From an uncultured delta proteobacterium (GTDB taxonomy: Bacteria; Desulfobacterota; Binatia; UBA9968): a stretch of DNA of 64,000 nt. Numbering within the stretch: position 1 is the stretch's first letter; every line of letters begins with the position of its first letter. The DNA lies in contig CAWFJP010000031.1 of assembly GCA_963816145.1 (NCBI GenBank), positions 512,001-576,000 of the forward strand, given 5' to 3'. The notes beneath the pieces were generated by a model. It made no database searches. It was not told the origin of the DNA and was given only the letters and a program-made list of their open reading frames with translations. Of the stretch, positions 56,286-64,000 are shown piece after piece. The translations under genes were made by a program, and so were the position numbers.

Positions 56286-56852
56286 AGATTTTTCACCTGA
56301 GTTTCATCTACTTGCGGCCAAACATTTACCAGCGCTGGAACGCATTTACCCTCAGTTACGCCGCGAAAGTCGAAAACGCAGTCAAAAATGAAAAATTTGC
56401 AGTTTTCGAATTGCACCAGTCTATATGCGTTGCCATTGATAGTACTCGAAAGCAGGGAGAGTATCCAAGCGTTAGATTGAATCGTAAATGCAAAGACCAC
56501 GCCGTGGCAAAGGGCCTAAAGCTGACTCGATACGGTGGCGTTCCGCCGCTGTAGGCAACTCAAGATGCCCTAATACTGATCGCGGACTGCACAGCAGTTA
56601 GGCAGTGCGCGTGAAAATCGAGGGTCACATAGTGCTGGGTTCGGATTTTCCGAACCCCAGCACCATGTAGCCATTGGCGGAAGAGATTCTCGACAGGGAA
56701 TCGGTGCACCCTAACCCGCTTCGAAGCAGTAGATAACGACGATTGTCGTGGCAGCCGTTCAAGTTAGCTGAAGAACCTCCATGCGGCAGTGAGCTTCGCG
56801 GTGAACTCTAGCGCGTTCTTTGACGCCGTAAAGGTCCGGTAGCCATGCGCGC

Positions 56853-58724
56853 TCATTCAGCCAGTGTGCGGATCTCAGCGTCGGCGCGGCGCAATTTTGC
56901 CGAGAGTTCGCGGGCAATATTGAGAATCAGTTTGTACTTGATCTGCGGGTGATCGAGCGCAAGGGCATTGAGCCTCTCGGTGGACAGGATATAGCAGACC
57001 ACCGGCATATCAGCGACGACATCCGCAGATCGACGCCGGCCGTCGAGCAGCGAGAGTTCGCCAAAAGCCAATCCGGCGCTCAGTGAACTCAGCCGCTTGC
57101 CCCGGCTACCATTCGGCAAATTCAGATAGACGCTGACCGATCCGGCGGCAAGCAGAAAGAGCGAATCGGCCGAGTCACCCTCGTGAATAATCTTGTCTCT
57201 GGCACTGTAGTGCCGTTTTATCAACACCGATTCGAGCAAGGCGATCTCGGCGGCGTCCAGGCCGGCGACGATATCAATCGCCGCAATCGGCACTGGGGCG
57301 TTGGTGCAGCTCAGGGCTGGACCCTCCTCGGCTATCAGCTGGCTTTCGCACCACTCCAGAGCCGCATCGATATCGGCAAAGATGCTATCCGTTCCCCAGG
57401 GAGGGGTGGTGCGGTGTTGTAAATAAGCCGAATCGGCTTGCGGCAGATGCGCCAGGATTAGTTTTTTATCATCTGCCGTGAGGGTGCCCCGCAATTGGAC
57501 CAAAAGAGTCAGGGCGCAGTCGTCGATTTCCGGGACGCGCTTAAAATCGAGAATCAAATACGCTGCTGAATCAATATCGTTCGTCATCTGGCGCAAGAGC
57601 CGCTCCATGGTCGCGAAAAACAGATTGCCCTGAAGTTCGTAAACGCAGATTGCCCGGCCTTTGCGGTTCAGGATGGCTTGTTCGGCGTTGCTGCGCTGAA
57701 GTTTCGAACGAATCCTGTCGCCCCGGTAGGTCCTGCGCACGGCCACCGCGGTGGACGCGCGGGTGCCAAACATATGCAATTTGAAACGCTCGGAAATCGC
57801 TTGGCAAACTTGAATGCCCCGGCAACTATTACCCTGGGCATCGAGCAGCGGCGAATAGGTGCCGATGCCCAACTGGCCAGGTAACGCCGCGATGATGCCG
57901 CCGCTGACGCCGCTTTTGGCCGGTAGGCCGATGCGATAGCACCATTCGCCAGAGTAGTCGTACATGCCGCAGCTCTGCATCACGGCGAGGACGTTTTTGA
58001 CGTAACGCGCCTCGATGGCGCGTACACCGGTCAACGGATTGATGCCATTGTTGGCGACCGTGGCGGCGATCATGGCCAAGTCACGGGGACTCACCAGTAT
58101 CGAACATTGCTTAAAATAGAGATCGAGATGTTCGTCCACCGGCTCGGCGATCATGCCGGCGTTGAGCTCGAGATAGCCGATGGCGCGGTTACGATGGCCG
58201 GTGCTGTGCTCCGAAGCGTAGACCGCGCGATCGATCTGCACCGGGCGACCGCAAAGATCGGAAAACTTGCCGAGTAGTCGCTCCAAACGCTCTGCATGAT
58301 TGGCGCCGTTGATCAACGCGGTGGTGGCGATGGCGCCGGCATTGACCATTGGATTAAAAGGCCGGTTGCTGCGTTCGTCGAAAACAATCGAGTTAAACGC
58401 TTCGCCGCTGGGCTCGACGCCGACTTTTTCCAAAATCCGTTCGATGCCATTGTCTTCCAGGGCAAGCGCGTAAACGAACGGCTTGGAGATTGATTGAATG
58501 GTAAATAACTGTCTAGAATCGCCGACCTCGTAAATTTCACCGTCGGCGGTGGCCAGCGCGATGCCGAACTGCGCGGGATCCGCCTTGGCAAGTTCGGGAA
58601 TATAGGTGGCGATTTGCCCGGAGAAATTTTCCCGGTACTCGCGGTAAATTTCAAAGAGCGTGGTAAGAATCGGCGAAAATGTAGTCTCGTCGGAGTCCAA
58701 GTTTTGGGCCAGTCTAGAGCGCAT
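56853..58724 (-). CDS. glsA: Glutaminase A with C-terminal STAS and cNMP-binding domains
   Basis: QSISKPF, NPMVNAGA, GMYDYSG and PAKSGVSGG; LQGNLFFA/ILDFKRV (STAS); FGELSLLDGRRRSA (cNMP). Confidence 0.92.
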   Translation of the reverse strand: MRSRLAQNLDSDETTFSPILTTLFEIYREYRENFSGQIATYIPELAKADPAQFGIALATADGEIYEVGDSRQLFTIQSISKPFVYALALEDNGIERILEKVGVEPSGEAFNSIVFDERSNRPFNPMVNAGAIATTALINGANHAERLERLLGKFSDLCGRPVQIDRAVYASEHSTGHRNRAIGYLELNAGMIAEPVDEHLDLYFKQCSILVSPRDLAMIAATVANNGINPLTGVRAIEARYVKNVLAVMQSCGMYDYSGEWCYRIGLPAKSGVSGGIIAALPGQLGIGTYSPLLDAQGNSCRGIQVCQAISERFKLHMFGTRASTAVAVRRTYRGDRIRSKLQRSNAEQAILNRKGRAICVYELQGNLFFATMERLLRQMTNDIDSAAYLILDFKRVPEIDDCALTLLVQLRGTLTADDKKLILAHLPQADSAYLQHRTTPPWGTDSIFADIDAALEWCESQLIAEEGPALSCTNAPVPIAAIDIVAGLDAAEIALLESVLIKRHYSARDKIIHEGDSADSLFLLAAGSVSVYLNLPNGSRGKRLSSLSAGLAFGELSLLDGRRRSADVVADMPVVCYILSTERLNALALDHPQIKYKLILNIARELSAKLRRADAEIRTLAE

Positions 58725-58774
58725 AAGAAGTACAAGGTGCCGGGGGCAATTTCTAGCAGGTGACCTCTCTATTT

Positions 58775-60478
58775 TTAAGGTTCAACGCCAAGGTACGAAT
58801 TGCGCACATATTGTAGGACCATTCGCTGGGTGTGGAAGTACGAACCGTTGAGGGAGATGGCGGAGCGGCGGATTTCCGCATAGACGTCGGGCTTGCCGTA
58901 ATAGAGCGGCAAGATCGCGTGCTCGAGTTTATTATAAAGCGATTGCGCTTCGCCGGCGGCATCGGCCTCGCCGTCGTCGCCGATCGCCCAACCGGTCACT
59001 CCCTCGACATGGCCCTCGATCCACCAACCGTCTAAGACGCTCAGGCTCGGCACGCCATTGAGAGCGGCCTTCATACCGCTGGTACCGGAGGCTTCCAGGG
59101 GCCTTTCCGGGGTATTCAACCAAAGGTCGACACCCGCGCAGAGAGTGCGCGCCAGATCCATGTCATAATTTTCCAGGTAGACGACAGGCAGTGTGTCCTT
59201 TAATTTTTCCGAAAACTCAAATATGCGGCGGATCATCGCCTTCCCCGCTTCGTCGCGGGGGTGCGCCTTGCCGCTATAGATCACCTGAAACGGGCCGGCG
59301 TGTTCGGCAATCGATTGGAGCCGTTCGAGATCGGTGAACAACAAATCGCCTCGTTTATAGCCGGCGGCGCGCCGGGCAAAACAAATCGTCAGAACATTCT
59401 CGGTGAGATGGATCTTGGTGCGCTGGGCGATTTGCGCCAGCATCTCGCGTTTGGCGAGCCGATGCGCGCGCTGCACTTCAGCGAGCGGGATTTTAATGGC
59501 GTAGCGCAGGTAAAAATTGTCGCGGCGCCACTCAGGAATGAAGCGGTCGTACAAATTGCGAAACGGCGGCGCGGTCCAGGTTGCCGCGTGCACGCCGTTG
59601 GTAATCGAATCGATGGCGTGACGGGGAAACATATCCCGGGAAATTTCCCCATGGCGCATGGCAACGCCGTTGATGTAGCGCGACAATCCGATCGCCAATG
59701 AGGTCATGTTGAGCGTCCCGTTGTCAATGCAATGTAACGCTTCGAGGGCGGTCACCCGTTCGCTGCCGAGAACCTCGCGGACCAGGTCGACGGAAAACTG
59801 ATCATGGCCGGCTGGAACCGGAGTGTGGGTTGTGAAAACACAGCGCTGGCGCACCGCTTCACCATCCGAATCCGTCACCGCGGTCAAATCGCCGCGCGTG
59901 ACTTCCCGCTCCAGGAGCGCCAAAGTCAGGAACGCCGCGTGCCCCTCGTTCATGTGGTGGGTGCTGACGTTTTTATAACCGAGCGCCTGGAGCATCGCCA
60001 CGCCGCCCATTCCCAAGACGATTTCCTGACAGAGGCGATGGCGGGCGTCGCCGTCGTAGAGGGCCTCGGTCAAAGTTTGCTCCCAGGGCTCGTTTTCCTT
60101 CAGTCCGGTGTCGAGAAAATAGACCGGCACCGTATGACCGAAGACCCCGCGCACGACGTAGCGCCAAGCGCGGATTCCCACCGCTCTACCGGCGATCGGC
60201 ACAAACGCGCGCGGCACCATCGGTTCCAATATCTCTTCGTAGCGCCATGTAACCGGTCGCTCGGTCTGATTGCCGTTGGCGTCCAGGGTTTGGCGAAAAT
60301 AGCCTTTACGGTGCAAGAGGGTGACGCCGATCATTGGCAAGCCGAGATCGGCCGCCGCGCGCAACGTGTCGCCGGCAAGGACGCCGAGGCCGCCGCTATA
60401 GGTCGGCATGCCGGAGTCAAGGCCCACTTCCATGGAAAAGTAAGCGATATAATTCGGGCGAATTTCTTTTAAGATCAT
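58775..60478 (-). CDS. glgP: Alpha-glucan (glycogen/maltodextrin) phosphorylase
   Basis: [16 protein letters not shown] and [10 protein letters not shown] (PLP Lys). Confidence 0.95.
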   Translation of the reverse strand: MILKEIRPNYIAYFSMEVGLDSGMPTYSGGLGVLAGDTLRAAADLGLPMIGVTLLHRKGYFRQTLDANGNQTERPVTWRYEEILEPMVPRAFVPIAGRAVGIRAWRYVVRGVFGHTVPVYFLDTGLKENEPWEQTLTEALYDGDARHRLCQEIVLGMGGVAMLQALGYKNVSTHHMNEGHAAFLTLALLEREVTRGDLTAVTDSDGEAVRQRCVFTTHTPVPAGHDQFSVDLVREVLGSERVTALEALHCIDNGTLNMTSLAIGLSRYINGVAMRHGEISRDMFPRHAIDSITNGVHAATWTAPPFRNLYDRFIPEWRRDNFYLRYAIKIPLAEVQRAHRLAKREMLAQIAQRTKIHLTENVLTICFARRAAGYKRGDLLFTDLERLQSIAEHAGPFQVIYSGKAHPRDEAGKAMIRRIFEFSEKLKDTLPVVYLENYDMDLARTLCAGVDLWLNTPERPLEASGTSGMKAALNGVPSLSVLDGWWIEGHVEGVTGWAIGDDGEADAAGEAQSLYNKLEHAILPLYYGKPDVYAEIRRSAISLNGSYFHTQRMVLQYVRNSYLGVEP

Positions 60479-60964
60479 TGGTGTTCACCGCTGTTTAGGC
60501 TGCCGTCTAGGCGTACCACAGGATCGCAACCATTAAATTTATAGGTCGATTGTTTTTGCCAGCGGGTCTCCGGCTTGACTGCTGAGCGGTGTGATAGCGA
60601 TTTGAACATGCTGATAATCCGGCCAATGTTGGGAGCCGTCAAATGGTATAAAATTATCGATAGCCACCAAATCGGCAAACGATACCAAAAAAACCTTACG
60701 CAGAAAGCATACCACCATCGAAAAGTGCGAATTTCGGCAAAGTTCCCGCGATTCGAACGCAGGTTACAAGCGAAGTCAGATCGGAGCGCTAAAAATTAAG
60801 CAGCGGGCGCTTAAAAAACGGGCGAAGACCATGGACGCCATCTCTTCCCGACCGTAACGAGATCGAATATCCAGAACCATGAACAGTGGCGGATTCGCTG
60901 CACTCTAATGTGGGATTGCGTCTGCCGGCTCCGATGGGAGTGTGCACGAGCGCATCTTAATTTC

Positions 60965-60980
60965 CGGCACCGAATTCGCA
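60965..60980 (+). promoter_or_regulatory. Possible sigma54 promoter of ppc
   Basis: CGGCAC-CGAAT-TCGCA with GG-N10-GC spacing. Confidence 0.35.
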
Positions 60981-61046
60981 CTGAAAGCCGCATAGGACAA
61001 ATCTTGCGCGCCAACGATGCGGCCGCGCGGATGCGCGCTGGAAACA

Positions 61047-63812
61047 ATGGATCCCATTGACGACGCTGAGTTGGGTCTCGATAAAGATCAGCCCCTGCGG
61101 GAAGACGTTCGTCTACTTGGCCGTCTGCTCGGGGATACGCTGCGCGAGCGACAGGGTCACGCGGCCTTCACTCTGGTCGAAGCCATTCGACAAACGGCCG
61201 TGCGTTTCCGCCGCAACGGCCAGCCCGACGCCCGCACGCAACTGCAGCTAACTCTCAGTGGTTTGAGCGACGACGCCACCGTCGCGGTTGCCCGCGCTTT
61301 CAGTTATTTCTCACAGATGAGCAACATCGCCGAGGATTTGCACCGTAACCGGCGCCACCGGGCGCATCAATTCGCCGCCTCCGCGGCACTGCCGGGGAGT
61401 CTGGCGCACGCCATCCGGCGCGCCAAGGTCAAGGGAATTACCGCCTCGGAAATTCAAAAATTTTTCAACGGCGCGCTGGTCATGCCGGTGCTCACAGCCC
61501 ACCCAACTGAAGTGCAGCGCAAGAGTATTCTCGACGGCCTGCGAGATATCGCAGTGTTGCTCCATGAGCGCGACCGGGTCCAGCTCACGCCGAGCGAACG
61601 GGCGCACAATGAAGACGGGCTACGACGGGCGATTCTGACACTCTGGCAGACCCGCGTGTTGCGCGAATTGACGCTTTCGGTCCGGGATGAAATCGACAAT
61701 GGTCTATCTTATTTCGACACGACGTTTCTCGAACAGCTGCCTCGGCTTTACGGTGAAATCGAGGATTCGCTCAATAGCCATTGGCCGGGCGGTTTTTCTC
61801 TCCCGGCTTTTATGAAAGTAGGCACTTGGATCGGCGGCGACCGGGACGGTAATCCTCAGGTCAACGCGGCGGTTTTGCACTATGCTCTCGAGCGCCAGTC
61901 TGCCGTCGCGATCGACTATTATTTGGCCGAAGTCCGTCAACTTCGTCGGGAGCTTTCCCAGTCGCAGCGCTTGGTGCGGGTGACGCCTGCCGTCGAGCAG
62001 CTCGCCGGGCGCTCCGTCGATCAATCAGCGCATCGGCGCGACGAACCTTACCGCCTGGCTTTGAGTCATATGCATGAGCGGCTTTTGGCAACAGCTGCGG
62101 CTTTGAACCGTGGTGCGCCGGCTGCGCCGAGCGAAAAATGCGCGGCTCCTTTCGCCGTATCCGGCGAATTAGCCGGCGATCTCCAACTCATCACAGATTC
62201 TCTTGAGCAGCATGGTTCGGCGCGGGTTGCCCGGGGACGTCTGCGCAGCCTGCAACGCGCCGTCTCCATATTCGGCTTTCATCTGGCGCCGGTGGATTTG
62301 CGGCAACATAGCGAGGTATATGGACGGGTGGTCGCCGAGCTGTTCCAGGCCGGCGTGCGCCGCGCCGGTTATGATCAGTTGGCCGAAGCCGAGCGTCAAC
62401 GCTGGCTGATCGAAGAGCTCACGCTGCCTCGTCTGCTGCGCTCACCGCACGAGACTTACAACGGTGAGACCGAATCGGAGCTCAAGATCTTCGATATGGC
62501 GGCGCTGCTGCAACGCCGATACGGCGTGGAGGCTCTCCCGACCACGATCGTCTCGATGGCGACAGCGGTGAGCGACCTGCTGGAAGCGGCATTGCTCCTT
62601 AAAGAAGCAGGTTTATTGCTGGCGCCGCCGCAGGCGCGGCTGGCGATGAATATCGTGCCTTTGTTTGAAACCATCGCGAGTCTGCGCGATGCCGGCCGAA
62701 TTATCGACCAGCTGTTAAGTTTACCATTATACCGCCAATTGCTAGCCAGCCGCGGCGATGTGCAGGAGGTCATGCTGGGCTATTCCGACAGTAATAAGGA
62801 TGGCGGCTACCTGACCTCGAACTGGGAACTCTATAAGGCGGAGATCGATCTCATTGAAGTCTGCCGGCGGCAAAGCATAAAGCTTCGGCTTTTCCATGGC
62901 CGGGGCGGCACCGTGGGCCGCGGCGGTGGTCCCAGCTATCAAGCGATCCTGGCGCAGCCGGCGGGCAGTGTCTCGGGACAGATTCGCATCACCGAGCAGG
63001 GCGAGGTGATCGCCAGCAAATATGCCGATCCTGAAATCGGCCGGCGCAACTTGGAGACGTTGGTGGCGGCGACCATGGAAGCGACGATTTTTTACACCGA
63101 TGGCGGATCGAATGACAGCTTTCACGGGACCATGGAGGAGCTTTCTGAAGCGGCCTTGCGAGCCTACCGATCCCTCGTCTACGAGACCCCGGGTTTTCTC
63201 GATTTCTTTCGCAGTGCGACTCCGATTGAAGAAATTGCCGGCATGCACGTTGGCAGCCGACCGGCGGCGCGCAACGCGTCGCGGCGAATCGAAGACTTGC
63301 GAGCGATTCCCTGGGTATTTAGCTGGTCGCTGGCGCGCATCATGCTGCCAGGATGGTTTGGCTTCGGGACGGCGGTCGATGTTTTCGTTGCGCGTCAAGG
63401 CGAAGCTGGGATTGAATTGTTACGCGAAATGTATGATCGCTGGCCATTCTTTAACACGCTGCTGTCGAATATGGACATGGTTTTGGCCAAAAGCGATATC
63501 CACATCGCGTCGCGCTATGCTGAGTTGGTGGGCGACATGACGCTGCGGGAATCCATCTTCAAGCGCATTCAACATGAGTATCAGCGCACGGTCGCACGCT
63601 TACTGAAGATCACGCGACAGTCGGAATTGCTCGCCGGCAATCCCTTGTTGGCGCGCAGCCTGCGCAATCGCGTGCCTTACATTGACCCGCTCAATCATAT
63701 CCAAGTCGAAGCTCTCAAGCGTTATCGTTGTGGCCAAACCGATGAGCGGGTGAAGCGCACTATATTGCTCACGGTCAATGGCATCGCCGCCGGCCTGCGC
63801 AACAGCGGCTAG
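61047..63812 (+). CDS. ppc: Phosphoenolpyruvate carboxylase
   Basis: VLTAHPTE, WIGGDRDGNP, MLGYSDSNKDGG, FHGRGGTVGRGG and LRNSG C-terminus. Confidence 0.97.
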   Translation: MDPIDDAELGLDKDQPLREDVRLLGRLLGDTLRERQGHAAFTLVEAIRQTAVRFRRNGQPDARTQLQLTLSGLSDDATVAVARAFSYFSQMSNIAEDLHRNRRHRAHQFAASAALPGSLAHAIRRAKVKGITASEIQKFFNGALVMPVLTAHPTEVQRKSILDGLRDIAVLLHERDRVQLTPSERAHNEDGLRRAILTLWQTRVLRELTLSVRDEIDNGLSYFDTTFLEQLPRLYGEIEDSLNSHWPGGFSLPAFMKVGTWIGGDRDGNPQVNAAVLHYALERQSAVAIDYYLAEVRQLRRELSQSQRLVRVTPAVEQLAGRSVDQSAHRRDEPYRLALSHMHERLLATAAALNRGAPAAPSEKCAAPFAVSGELAGDLQLITDSLEQHGSARVARGRLRSLQRAVSIFGFHLAPVDLRQHSEVYGRVVAELFQAGVRRAGYDQLAEAERQRWLIEELTLPRLLRSPHETYNGETESELKIFDMAALLQRRYGVEALPTTIVSMATAVSDLLEAALLLKEAGLLLAPPQARLAMNIVPLFETIASLRDAGRIIDQLLSLPLYRQLLASRGDVQEVMLGYSDSNKDGGYLTSNWELYKAEIDLIEVCRRQSIKLRLFHGRGGTVGRGGGPSYQAILAQPAGSVSGQIRITEQGEVIASKYADPEIGRRNLETLVAATMEATIFYTDGGSNDSFHGTMEELSEAALRAYRSLVYETPGFLDFFRSATPIEEIAGMHVGSRPAARNASRRIEDLRAIPWVFSWSLARIMLPGWFGFGTAVDVFVARQGEAGIELLREMYDRWPFFNTLLSNMDMVLAKSDIHIASRYAELVGDMTLRESIFKRIQHEYQRTVARLLKITRQSELLAGNPLLARSLRNRVPYIDPLNHIQVEALKRYRCGQTDERVKRTILLTVNGIAAGLRNSG

Positions 63813-63890
63813 ACAAAATCATCGCCCCCTGGGACGATGCGCACTTGTTGGTCAGGTATTAAGCAGAATGATCACGAAGGGATTTAGATC

Positions 63891-64000
63891 ATGAGTCAAA
63901 CTCAACACACGCACCTGGCTGCGGATTACGTTCTGACTTTGGAAGAAATCGCGGCGTTGGCTGCCGAAGCCGGCAACCCGGCTGAAACTTTGATGAATGT
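63891..64000 (+). CDS. N-terminus of a gene running off the window (possibly GAF-domain)
   Basis: Open frame MSQTQHTHLAADYVLTLEEIAALAAEAGNPAETLMN..; resemblance to GAF-domain N-termini is from recall only. Confidence 0.45.
   Translation, partial: MSQTQHTHLAADYVLTLEEIAALAAEAGNPAETLMN

Noticed and set aside
56560-56770. GTTAGGC and CCCTAAC...GTTAGCT as attC sites
   Set aside because: One is too short; the other lacks complementary inner boxes and an associated cassette ORF

Overview
GC-rich bacterial chromosome segment. The gene content (many stand-alone NMT1/SsuA-like binding proteins, amidohydrolase, UbiD, M24-like and CMD-like proteins, intergenic spaces packed with palindromic repeats) resembles Candidatus Binatia-type Deltaproteobacteria; this assignment is inference. 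About 1-45 kb is mostly catabolic and transport genes, plus an RRM protein, an RlmL-like methyltransferase, glgC, dnaJ-cbpM and an ECF-sigma/MacAB-TolC cluster. About 45-52 kb is a transglutaminase / circularly permuted ATP-grasp operon. About 52-64 kb is a central-carbon cluster (PPi-PFK, two gap genes, STAS/cNMP glutaminase, glgP, ppc). Signals the ORF track misses: (1) a GAPDH paralog lacking its catalytic residues, translationally coupled to an intact gap; (2) a probably exported rhodanese with an in-frame UGA at the catalytic Cys position followed by a SECIS-like hairpin; (3) an integron-type gene cassette with no integrase in the window, encoding an ABC-ATPase/TOPRIM (PARIS/OLD-like) protein; (4) a four-helix-bundle gene bracketed by inverted heptamer repeats, with cargo-less arrays of similar design elsewhere; (5) a GlgC that looks cyanobacterial; (6) at least four single-base frameshifts, probably assembly errors. 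No rRNA, tRNA, CRISPR array or transposase was seen.
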